64,000 bases of DNA from Abditibacteriaceae bacterium (lineage in GTDB: Bacteria; Armatimonadota; Abditibacteriia; Abditibacteriales; Abditibacteriaceae). Shown here piece after piece: positions 38,844 through 47,447 of the stretch (position 1 is the stretch's first letter; each line of letters begins with the position of its first letter). The position numbers and the translations under genes are program-made. The DNA is taken from the NCBI GenBank assembly GCA_965277285.1, contig OZ255721.1, positions 1,920,001 through 1,984,000 on the forward strand. Reading direction: 5' to 3'. The notes under the pieces are model-generated. The model ran no database searches, was not told where the DNA came from, and worked only from the letters and a program-made list of their open reading frames with translations.

Positions 38844-41798
38844 ATGAATCTAAAAAGCATTGTCCATTGGTCTGCCGTTCCGTTGCTTGCAGCGCTTGCA
38901 ATTCCGGCCAGCGCGCAAACTTACGCTTATCAGAACCCGCAGGCGCCGCTTGAAACGCGCGTTTCCGATTTGATGAGTCGCTTGACGAGCGACGAGAAAA
39001 TCTCGCTGCTGTCTGGAACTGGGTTCACCACGCAACCCATTGCGCGCTTGAACATTCCCGCGATGGGAATGGCCGATGCCGGACAGGGCGTGCGCGGCGG
39101 CATGGACTCTACGCTTGGGCCGGCAACGGCATTTCCCTCCGGCGTGGCGATGGCTTCGACGTGGAATCCTGCTCTTATCGGGCGCGTGGGCGCTGCCATT
39201 GGAATCGAAGCGCAGAACAAAGGCACCGGCGTTCAAGTCATGCTTGGCCCCGCCGTCAACATTCAGCGTTCGCCGCTGGGCGGACGCAACGGCGAGTATT
39301 TTTCCGAAGACCCGTTTTTGGCCGGAAAGTTGGCCGTGTCCTATATTCGCGGCATGCAAGGCACCGGAACCGTTGCGTGCATCAAACACTTTGCTGCCAA
39401 TAACGAAGAAGCCGACCGCTTCACCGTCAATGTTTTGGTTTCCGAACGAGCGTTGCGCGAAATCTATCTGCCCGCTTTTGAAGCCGGAGTGAAAGACGGC
39501 GGCGTGTGGACGGTGATGTCGTCCTATAACTTGGTGAACGGGCAACATTCCTCGGCGAACCCGTATTTGTTGACCGATGTTTTGAAACGCGGCTGGGGTT
39601 TCAACGGCATGGTAATGTCGGATTGGGGCGGCGTTCACGAAACGGCTCGCGTTATCAACGCCGGCAACGATCTCGAAATGCCAGGCGGCAGCTTTCTGGC
39701 GCCCGCCAAAGTTCAGGACGCCCTCGCGCGCGGCCTTACGACTCAAGCGCAAATCGACCAGAACGTGCGGCGCATCGTGCGCACGATTTTGCGTTCCAGC
39801 ATGATGAACAGTCCGAAAACACCCAATCCCGCGCTTGTCAACTCCGCCGCCAGCCGCGAAGTCGCGCTGCAAGCGGCACAAGAAGGTATCGTGTTGCTCA
39901 AGAACGAGCGCCAAACCTTGCCGCTGAATGCTTCCAAAATCCGCTCGATTGCCCTGATTGGCCCTGCCGCACGAGAAATGCAAATCGGTGCGGCGGGCAG
40001 CCCGGGCGTAGACCCATTGCGTTCGGTCGGGCCGCTCGAAGGTCTTCAAAGTCGCGTTGGCGCGGGCGTGCAGATTCGCGTTGCGACCGGCGATGCCAGC
40101 GGAACCGCCTTCCCATCGAGTACTCTCATGGCGCCTGGCACGAGCAACGCGGGCTTTAGCGCCGAATATTTTACCAACAAAAACCTTGATGGCACGCCAA
40201 CTGTTCGACGCACCGATGCGCAAATCAATTTCACGCGCGGGCCTGAAGGGGTCGGCCCGGACAACTGGAGCGCACGCTGGACAACGGTTCTCACGCCGCG
40301 CACCAGCGGCACGACGACGTTTTTCTTTCGCGCCGATGACGGTTGCCGCTTGTTCCTCGACGACAAACAAATCATCGACCACTGGCAGGACAGCGGCGCC
40401 AACACGCAAACTGCGAGCGTGCAACTTCAGGCGGGACGAAAATATCAACTGCGCGCCGAGTACTATCAAGGTGGCGGCGGCGCGGTCGCTCAACTGACCT
40501 GGGCGGAACCGGGCGCCCGGCCATACGCCGATGTCATTGACCTGGCGCGCAGCAGCGATGTCGCCATCGTGTGCGTCACGACGCGCGGCACCGAAGGCGA
40601 AGGTCAGGATCGACCTTCGATGGCGTTGCCCGACAATCAAGACGAACTGATCCGTCAGGTCGTAGCGGCCAATCCGAAAACCATCGTGGTGTTGAACAAT
40701 GGCACTCCCGTTTCAATGCCTTGGTTGGCTTCAGTTCCGGCGTTGGTCGAAGCGTGGTTTCCCGGACAGGAAGGTGGACGCGCTCTGGCGGCGGTTTTTT
40801 TTGGCGACGTGAATCCGTCCGGCCATTTGCCAACGACGCTGGGCGCGCGACGCGAAGATTATCCCGACTACCCGAACTTTCCGGGTGATGGTCGTAATGT
40901 TCGCTATGCAGAAGGCATTTACGTCGGTTATCGCGGCTTTGACAAGCGCCAGATTCAGCCGCTGTTCCCGTTCGGTTACGGCCTGAGTTACACGACGTTT
41001 CGTTTGTCGAATTTGCAGTTGTCGTCACCCACTTTAGTTTCAGGTGGACGTGTAACGGCGAATGTGCGAGTGACCAACACCGGCCAGCGCGCCGGAGCGC
41101 AAGTCGTGCAGCTTTATGTGTGCGACCCCAATCCCAAAATCGACAAGCCCGTGCGCGAGTTGAAGGGTTTTGCCAAAGTCTTTTTGCAGGCTGGCCAAAG
41201 CCAAAACGTGTCACTGCAACTTTCGCCGCGAGACTTTGCGTGGTGCGATGTAAGAGCCAAAGGTTGGCGCGCCAATGCGGGAACCTATCAAATCGAGATC
41301 GGCGATTCGTCGCGCAACTTGACGCAACGCGCCACGGTTCGCCTGGCGGATTATTTCGAGCCAATTCCCTTTATGCGCGACGACGTGCCGTTGCCCACAC
41401 CGGAAACGGCTCCCGACCTGGCGTTTGGAAAAAGGGCGTTCGCTTCGTCGCAGCAAGAGCAAAACAAGCCCGAATTCGCCTTTGACAACAACCTGGAAAC
41501 GCGCTGGGGCAGCGATTTTCTCGACAATCAATGGCTCGCCGTCGACTTGGGTGCAACACAGAAAATCGGGCGCGTTTCCCTCACCTGGGAAGACGCCTAT
41601 GCCAGCGAATATCGAATCGAAGTCTCGGGCGATGGCCAAAATTGGCGCTCGGTTTACAGCACGACGCAAGGTCAGGGCGGCGACGAAGACATTTCTTTTG
41701 CGCCCGTTCAAGCGCGTTTTGTGCGCGTGTTCTGCGTCAAGCGCGCTACCACCTTTGGCTCGTCACTGCGCGAGTTCCATGTCCGCGCCCCCAAATAA
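38844..41798 (+). CDS. Secreted GH3 beta-glucosidase with PA14, Fn3-like and F5/8 (CBM32-like) domains
   Basis: GGRNGEYFSEDP, IKHFAAN, MSDWG, ADDG (PA14), FPFGYGLSYT, RELKGF, discoidin tail. Confidence 0.93.
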   Translation: MNLKSIVHWSAVPLLAALAIPASAQTYAYQNPQAPLETRVSDLMSRLTSDEKISLLSGTGFTTQPIARLNIPAMGMADAGQGVRGGMDSTLGPATAFPSGVAMASTWNPALIGRVGAAIGIEAQNKGTGVQVMLGPAVNIQRSPLGGRNGEYFSEDPFLAGKLAVSYIRGMQGTGTVACIKHFAANNEEADRFTVNVLVSERALREIYLPAFEAGVKDGGVWTVMSSYNLVNGQHSSANPYLLTDVLKRGWGFNGMVMSDWGGVHETARVINAGNDLEMPGGSFLAPAKVQDALARGLTTQAQIDQNVRRIVRTILRSSMMNSPKTPNPALVNSAASREVALQAAQEGIVLLKNERQTLPLNASKIRSIALIGPAAREMQIGAAGSPGVDPLRSVGPLEGLQSRVGAGVQIRVATGDASGTAFPSSTLMAPGTSNAGFSAEYFTNKNLDGTPTVRRTDAQINFTRGPEGVGPDNWSARWTTVLTPRTSGTTTFFFRADDGCRLFLDDKQIIDHWQDSGANTQTASVQLQAGRKYQLRAEYYQGGGGAVAQLTWAEPGARPYADVIDLARSSDVAIVCVTTRGTEGEGQDRPSMALPDNQDELIRQVVAANPKTIVVLNNGTPVSMPWLASVPALVEAWFPGQEGGRALAAVFFGDVNPSGHLPTTLGARREDYPDYPNFPGDGRNVRYAEGIYVGYRGFDKRQIQPLFPFGYGLSYTTFRLSNLQLSSPTLVSGGRVTANVRVTNTGQRAGAQVVQLYVCDPNPKIDKPVRELKGFAKVFLQAGQSQNVSLQLSPRDFAWCDVRAKGWRANAGTYQIEIGDSSRNLTQRATVRLADYFEPIPFMRDDVPLPTPETAPDLAFGKRAFASSQQEQNKPEFAFDNNLETRWGSDFLDNQWLAVDLGATQKIGRVSLTWEDAYASEYRIEVSGDGQNWRSVYSTTQGQGGDEDISFAPVQARFVRVFCVKRATTFGSSLREFHVRAPK

Positions 41799-41808
41799 GT
41801 CACCAAAA

Positions 41809-41853
41809 AGCGACACGCTTGCCATGTTTTGAGTGCATGGCAAGCGTGTCGCT
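41809..41853. terminator. 18-bp-stem hairpin after GH3 stop
   Basis: AGCGACACGCTTGCCATG...CATGGCAAGCGTGTCGCT; no clear U tract on + strand. Confidence 0.5.
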
Positions 41854-42058
41854 CAGGTATCGAGTACTCGATACGTCACGTTTTGATGCGCGTAGCAAGA
41901 TGCGTTTGTGTTGGAAGTTGGTAGTGGCTCAACAAGGCACTATGCCCGACTTTTAAAACTTACGCTTGTGGATCGCTCGGTCTGTTAGCGCCGGATAAAA
42001 TCAGGTAGCATGAAGCGTGTGTTTTGGCGGAAGGATTTCGCGCGTGAAAAGGTAATCA

Positions 42059-44083
42059 ATGAAAAAAAGTGTGTCGGTTGATGGCGCGTACCTTTGTTAT
42101 TTTGCGGCTTTGTTGGTTTTTGCGTTGTCTTTGGCGGTTTTTTCTGCGCGCGCGCAGGCCGATCCGCGCGACTATTTCCGTATCACGGTGGTGGATGCGG
42201 ACACGGGACGCGGCGTGCCTTTGGTCGAACTCAAGACGACGAACGAGGTGCGGTTCTGGACGGATAGCAACGGCATTGTCGCCATCAACGAGCCGGATTT
42301 GATGGGGCAAAAGGTTTATTTTCATATCAGGAGCGACGGTTACGAGTACTCGAAAGATATGTTTGGCAATCGCGGCGTGGCGTTTCAGGTCACGCGTGGC
42401 GGACAAGAACAAATCAAGCTCAAGCGATTGAACATCGCGGAACGGCTTTATCGTATTACCGGCGCGGGAATCTATCGGGATAGCGTGTTAGTTGGCGCTC
42501 TAGTTCCGCTGAAGCAGCCTTTGCTCAACGGCCAGGTGATGGGACAAGACACTGTGATGTCGACGCCTTATAAAGGCAAGATTTTCTGGTTATGGGGCGA
42601 TACCAATCGGCCTTCGTATCCTCTGGGCAACTTTTCCACATCGTCAGCCACTTCTCTGCTGCCTGGTCACGGCGGTCTCGATCCGAGCGCCGGAATTGAT
42701 TTGACATACTGGGACGATTCTGAGGGTTTCAGCAAGAAAATGATGCCGATGGAAGGTGGAATGCCGGTTTGGATGGGCGGACTTTTCTCGCTGCGCCAGG
42801 CGAATGAACAGGAACTTCTGTTCGCCAGATACGCGCAGGTGAAAAGTGATTCGCAGGTCAACGAGCAAGGGCTGGCACTCTTCAACGACGACAAAGCGGT
42901 TTTCGAGAAAGCGGGCGTTTTCAATGCGGCGCTGCTGCCAGACGGTCATCCTTTTCAAGCGACGGCGAACGGGCAAAGTTACCTGTACTTTCAGCCTTCA
43001 AACTCGTCCGAAGCCGCGCCGCTGTTGCGCATCCACGCCGACAAAGCATCCATACTCGACCCGCAAACGTATCAATCATTCACTTGCCTGCCTGCGGGCG
43101 CGCGCTACGACAAAGCGGCCACGCGGCTGGATCGAGATGCCAGTGGAAAACTGATTTACAATTGGAAAACGAATACGCCGCCGTTGAATCACGATCAGCG
43201 CCAGGAATTGATCGCAGACGGCAAAATGACGGGCGCAGAATCGCTTTTCCAACTGCGCGACATCGAGACGGACGCGCCGATCCAATCGCATGGCGGCTCA
43301 GTCTTCTGGAATGCCTTTCGCCATCGCTGGATTATGATTTCCGGTCAGGCGGGAGGCTCGCCTTCGTATCTGGGCGAACTGTGGTTTGCCGAAGCCGATA
43401 CGCCCGTTGGCCCGTGGGTTTATGCCAAAAAGATTTTGACACACGACAAATACACCTTTTATAACCCGACGCAGCATCCTTTCTTTGACCAGGACAACGG
43501 ACGCCTCATCTACTTCGAGGGCACTTATACCAGTACTTATTCTGGCAACGACGACAAAACGCCGCGCTACGATTACAACCAGATCATGTATCGCCTCGCT
43601 CTGGACGATGCGCGCCTTGCCCTGCCCTCACCCGTGTACGCGTTGAAAGAAGCTAACGGCGCAAACAGTGACGCGATGCGCGAAACCATCGCAGCGCGCC
43701 ACCAATGGAATCAGGTGACGAGCGTTGCTTTTTTTGCGGTTCCGACCACACGTCCGCACGCCGGATTGATACCAATTTACGGCGCGACTTCCAATTCTGG
43801 TACGGATAAAAGCATGACGTTGCAAACAAGCGCGTCCGCCGGAGAAAAGCCGTTGTTCTATGCTTTGCCGACGAATGCGACAAGTGACGAAAAACCGTCG
43901 CCCGCCGTTGTGCCACTCTGGGAATACCACGACGCGCGCGACGGCAAGCGTTGGTATTCCACCGATGCGAACGGGCAGACAGCGACCATCACGCACGCGG
44001 CGACCCCTTTGTGCCGTGTCTGGCGGAACCCTTCGACAATCCTCGCTCTGGACACGGAAACAAAAGCCGAAACGACACCATAA
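42059..44083 (+). CDS. Secreted hypothetical protein (possible beta-propeller carbohydrate-active protein)
   Basis: Signal peptide AQA/D; long ORF; FWLWGDT, YNPTQHP motifs. Confidence 0.7.
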   Translation: MKKSVSVDGAYLCYFAALLVFALSLAVFSARAQADPRDYFRITVVDADTGRGVPLVELKTTNEVRFWTDSNGIVAINEPDLMGQKVYFHIRSDGYEYSKDMFGNRGVAFQVTRGGQEQIKLKRLNIAERLYRITGAGIYRDSVLVGALVPLKQPLLNGQVMGQDTVMSTPYKGKIFWLWGDTNRPSYPLGNFSTSSATSLLPGHGGLDPSAGIDLTYWDDSEGFSKKMMPMEGGMPVWMGGLFSLRQANEQELLFARYAQVKSDSQVNEQGLALFNDDKAVFEKAGVFNAALLPDGHPFQATANGQSYLYFQPSNSSEAAPLLRIHADKASILDPQTYQSFTCLPAGARYDKAATRLDRDASGKLIYNWKTNTPPLNHDQRQELIADGKMTGAESLFQLRDIETDAPIQSHGGSVFWNAFRHRWIMISGQAGGSPSYLGELWFAEADTPVGPWVYAKKILTHDKYTFYNPTQHPFFDQDNGRLIYFEGTYTSTYSGNDDKTPRYDYNQIMYRLALDDARLALPSPVYALKEANGANSDAMRETIAARHQWNQVTSVAFFAVPTTRPHAGLIPIYGATSNSGTDKSMTLQTSASAGEKPLFYALPTNATSDEKPSPAVVPLWEYHDARDGKRWYSTDANGQTATITHAATPLCRVWRNPSTILALDTETKAETTP

Positions 44084-44343
44084 CGGCGAGGCATCTCAAC
44101 GCTCCGTCTTGGCGCAACAGGCCAGCAACAAAAAGGTGCCACGAATAACTTGAATTGTTGTGCCACACAACTCGCTTCCTGAAACTTTGGGCGCTATCGA
44201 GTACTCGATTTCCAAAATGTTCTTTTTGTTGCTTTGATTTTCGCTGTTAGAAATCACGGCATCGAGTCTCTTCCATAGACATAATATCTTGTTGATATAT
44301 TTTATATACTTCAGCAAGTTTCAAATGACTTGGAGGTTTTCGC

Positions 44344-45108
44344 ATGAGACGAGTTATCGAACGTGTGCTGGAGGTTGCTAAAGCGGAAGTCGGCGTGCGC
44401 GAAGAAGGCGACAATATGGGGCATCGCGTCAACGAATATCAGCGCGCCGATACGTTGAGCGGCGTGGGTTATGCGTGGTGCGCCTCGTTCATTTCATGGT
44501 GTTTCAAGCAAGCGGCGGACGATATTCCGTATTGCTATTCGGCGTCCTGCGATGTGGTTGTGGCGTGGGCACGCAGTCAGGGCGTGTTGCGCGAAACGCC
44601 CGAAGACGGCGATGTGTTTCTGCTGATGGCGCGCGGTTCACAATACGATGCCGTGCATACCGGCTTAGTTATCAAAGTTAATGGCGCGGTTTTTCACACG
44701 ATTGAAGGCAACACCAACCTGACTGGTTCGCGCACCGGCATCGGCGTCTGCGCCCTCAAGCGCACCAATGGCGACCGTTACAGGTTTGTGCGCTGGAGTG
44801 ACCTTCACCACGAAAAAGGCGAAGTCGCGCTGCCGCCTTACAAAGTTTTGATGGGCGATCAACTCATCGAAAGCCGCATGGTGGGCGCCGCGACCTTTGT
44901 GCCGGTTCGTGAATGGGGCGAAGCGTTGGGCTTCGATGTGCAGTGGAACAACGACAAGCAAATGCCGCTCTTCGACGGGCGCGAAGTTCCCGTGCAACTT
45001 CATAAACTCGACCGACGCGGCTGGGCTTGGGTCAGAGCATTATCCGAGTTTTCCGGCTTGAAGTTGGAAGTCGATGTAGACAATCGCACGGTGCGTGTTC
45101 ATCGCTGA
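44344..45108 (+). CDS. CHAP-domain peptidoglycan hydrolase with C-terminal copper-amine-oxidase-N-like domains
   Basis: AWCASF, HTGLV, TIEGNT; FVPVREWGEALGFDVQW; RBS GGAGG. Confidence 0.8.
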   Translation: MRRVIERVLEVAKAEVGVREEGDNMGHRVNEYQRADTLSGVGYAWCASFISWCFKQAADDIPYCYSASCDVVVAWARSQGVLRETPEDGDVFLLMARGSQYDAVHTGLVIKVNGAVFHTIEGNTNLTGSRTGIGVCALKRTNGDRYRFVRWSDLHHEKGEVALPPYKVLMGDQLIESRMVGAATFVPVREWGEALGFDVQWNNDKQMPLFDGREVPVQLHKLDRRGWAWVRALSEFSGLKLEVDVDNRTVRVHR

Positions 45109-45292
45109 AACCGGCACTTATCGAGTACTCGAAAGTCGGGTATAAACGCCAAAATTGCACCTGTGACGCATCTCATCATAACACTTGATGTGCTCTGTCC
45201 CTCTTTTTGAACCCGGCGTTTCTTCCCTTCACCGACCTATTATAATCCTGAGAATCAGTTTGAAAACTCTATGAAACGCTCTCAAAGTGGGA

Positions 45293-45362
45293 GTTTGTCA
45301 TTCTGAGCGTAGCGAAGAATCTAACTTCAACAAGATTCTTCGCTACGCTCAGAATGACAAAC
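45293..45362. repeat. REP-like hairpin, family B
   Basis: GTTTGTCATTCTGAGCGTAGCGAAGAATCT...AGATTCTTCGCTACGCTCAGAATGACAAAC. Confidence 0.85.
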
Positions 45363-45443
45363 CCTGAGTTTCTGGTGCTGTTTTCTACTTTGCAAACGGA
45401 TTCTGAGAGTGTCCTCTGAAAGTTGAACAGACAAAGGGAAATC

Positions 45444-45677
45444 ATGCGCATTCGCGTTGCACTCGAAACGAACGGGGAAACACACATCCCGCTCAACCAC
45501 CAGCATTTTCTGACAGCGGTCGTATATCGCTTCCTCGAGTACTCGAACCGTGATTACGCCGCCTTTTTGCACGGCGAAGGCTACGCGCCAGACGAAGATG
45601 ACCATCGTCGTTTCAAGTTGTTCTGCTTTTCGCCGATTCAACCAACAAAAATACTCTCAATGTGTTTCATGATATGA
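45444..45677 (+). pseudogene. cas6: Truncated N-terminal fragment of a different Cas6
   Basis: MRIRVAL...IPLNHQHFL...YAAFLHGEGY...RFKLFCFS then sequence breaks off; no G-rich loop. Confidence 0.75.
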
Positions 45678-45756
45678 GTGAAATCGTGTTATAATGGCGT
45701 CCAACGCAGCTTCTACGCATTGGATCAACTCCATATAAAACGAAGGAGAATATATT

Positions 45757-46440
45757 ATGAGACTTCATTTTCAACTGACGCCTAATACGCAGATTGTGCC
45801 ATTCGAGTATCAGCATTTTCTGGCTGGCGCGTTTCACAAGTGGCTTGGCGACAACGATTTGCACGACGGCATCAGTTTGTATTCGCTGTCGTGGTTGCAC
45901 GGCGGTGTAACGATGCGCAACGGAAAGCGCATTGAAGGCGGACTGGATTTCCCTGACGGCGCGCTCTGGTTCGTGTCTTCGCACGATGAAAATCTGCTGC
46001 AAAAAATTGCGGATGGAGCGATGCGCAATGGCGAGGTATGTTGCGGCATGAATGTCACAGAAGTTCGCGCGCAACGCACGCCGGATTTTGGTTCGCGCTT
46101 TTGCTTCAAGGTCGGAAGTCCAGTCTTAGCGCGCTCCAAAGAAGTTGATGGACGCGTCACGCATTTTTTGCATTCCGACAAGGAAGCCGATGAAGTCCTG
46201 ACGCAAACTTTGCGGCACAAAATGGATAAAGCCGGTTTGGGTGAAAGCCACAAAGATGTCAGAGTTCGATTTGATCGCGCTTATCGCGGCGCGCGCACCA
46301 AATTGGTGACAATCAAAGGCATCGGCAACCGCGCCAGCGTGTGTCCGGTGATTGTCGAAGGCACACCCGAAGCGGTGCAGTTCGCGTGGAACGTCGGTGT
46401 CGGACACCTTACCGGCAACGGTTTCGGGAGTTTGCTTTGA
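45757..46440 (+). CDS. cas6: CRISPR endoribonuclease Cas6
   Basis: VPFEYQH, HDGISLYSLSWL, C-terminal GVGHLTGNGFG; RBS AAGGAG. Confidence 0.93.
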   Translation: MRLHFQLTPNTQIVPFEYQHFLAGAFHKWLGDNDLHDGISLYSLSWLHGGVTMRNGKRIEGGLDFPDGALWFVSSHDENLLQKIADGAMRNGEVCCGMNVTEVRAQRTPDFGSRFCFKVGSPVLARSKEVDGRVTHFLHSDKEADEVLTQTLRHKMDKAGLGESHKDVRVRFDRAYRGARTKLVTIKGIGNRASVCPVIVEGTPEAVQFAWNVGVGHLTGNGFGSLL

Positions 46441-46502
46441 AAAATCTCGCTCAAGAGATGGAACCAAGCCGTTGGCTATGGTATCTTATAAGCACAAACG
46501 TT

Positions 46503-46593
46503 CCTGCGTCTCGAAGAGCCGCTCAACGACCTGTCGTGCTGAAGTGTTGTTCCAACAACCGTCCTCTGGGCTGGGCACGAATAGAGACGCAGG
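46503..46593 (-). ncRNA. Candidate structured RNA immediately 3' of the DUF3800 gene
   Basis: Nested inverted repeats: CCTGCGTCTC/GAGACGCAGG, TCGTGC/GCACGA, GTTGTT/AACAAC; begins about 12 nt after stop. Confidence 0.55.
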
Positions 46594-46604
46594 TCACCTT
46601 TTCC

Positions 46605-47225
46605 TCAACTTTCCCAACGCGTCGGCCCAATAATGGTGTTGCTTGGACTCTTCCGAATCGCTTGCAGTGCGCTTTTAACTTCCGCTTCGGAACGCTTGCG
46701 CGCGTTCCAAGACAGAGCGTAAGCCGTCACATCGGCCAACTGAATCAAGTCGCTCTTATGCGACGGATAAACGCTGACTTTCAAATTTGGGTTTCCACAC
46801 TCACGCGCCATGCGCGCGACATCGCTCTTGAACCGCAGTTCTTCCTTCCTACCCAAATCTTCATCGTCGCACCACAAGCGATGAAGCGCGTGACGCGGCA
46901 TAAATTGACTCAGCAGCCTTTGGGTCGCAAGCGAGATAAAAGCCGCCTTTGTTGCTGGAATAGTATGCGACGCGGCTTTGTCGATGAGCAACGCACCGAC
47001 GCAAAAATCGAGTTGCAAGCCCACGTTCAAAACTGCCGCCAGCTTTTCGCCTGTCGCTTTGCTGCCACGAAACTCCTCGTCTTTCTTCATGCCAAATCTC
47101 GGACGCAACTCCGCAAAAAGTTCGCTCAACTGGTCGGCATCGTGAACCGCGACGACACAAGGCACATACAAAGGTATTTCGCTATTTCTGTCAGTCGTCC
47201 CCGACCAGTCCAAGCCGCCATACAA
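46605..47225 (-). CDS. DUF3800-family protein, antisense within cas locus
   Basis: N-terminal LDWSG (DESG-like), C-terminal SHKSDLIQLADVTAY; RBS GGAGG before TTG. Confidence 0.8.
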   Translation of the reverse strand: MYGGLDWSGTTDRNSEIPLYVPCVVAVHDADQLSELFAELRPRFGMKKDEEFRGSKATGEKLAAVLNVGLQLDFCVGALLIDKAASHTIPATKAAFISLATQRLLSQFMPRHALHRLWCDDEDLGRKEELRFKSDVARMARECGNPNLKVSVYPSHKSDLIQLADVTAYALSWNARKRSEAEVKSALQAIRKSPSNTIIGPTRWES

Positions 47226-47241
47226 AATTTCTTACCCTCCA

Positions 47242-47330
47242 CTTTCAAAACAAAAGCACATGAGGTTCGATTAGAAAACTTCTTGTTCCGACCCGTCAAA
47301 GTCGCCCTTGAGCGATTGAATTTCAATTCC
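47242..47330 (-). CRISPR. Degenerate one-spacer mini-array (crRNA-like RNA)
   Basis: Minus strand: GGAATTGAAAT + 42-nt spacer (47319-47278) + TTTCTAATCGAACCTCATGTGCTTTTGTTTTGAAAG; compare array repeat CTTCTAATCGAACCAGTGTGGAATTGAAAG. Confidence 0.85.
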
Positions 47331-47346
47331 TTCATCTGCCGACAAA

Positions 47347-47375
47347 ATTATAAAGGCACTCCATCAATAGCGCAA
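47347..47375 (-). promoter_or_regulatory. Sigma70-type promoter for mini-array + DUF3800
   Basis: TTGCGC (47375-47370) - 17 bp - TATAAT (47352-47347). Confidence 0.7.
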
Positions 47376-47397
47376 GTGCGCTTTGCGTGTGGATAAT
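47368..47397 (+). promoter_or_regulatory. Possible promoter for cas5-cas8-cas7-cas3
   Basis: TAGCGC ... TGTGGATAAT about 50 nt upstream of cas5 TTG. Confidence 0.45.
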
Positions 47398-47447
47398 GGG
47401 ATAAATTTCAGTTATTGTTAAGAACAAGACGCTTTTGGGAGTTTGCT

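Noticed and set aside
38850..40640. 596-aa minus-strand ORF, and similar long shadow ORFs (4480..5649, 12414..13757, 21077..22207, 22332..23639, 31807..33012, 46341..47396)
   Set aside because: Antisense or alternate-frame shadows of well-supported genes; no recognisable motifs.
46441..46460. TCGCTCAAG match to mini-array guide nt 5-13 just after cas6
   Set aside because: Seed positions 1-4 mismatch and no CCN triplet; better read as a small ATCTC/GAGAT hairpin.
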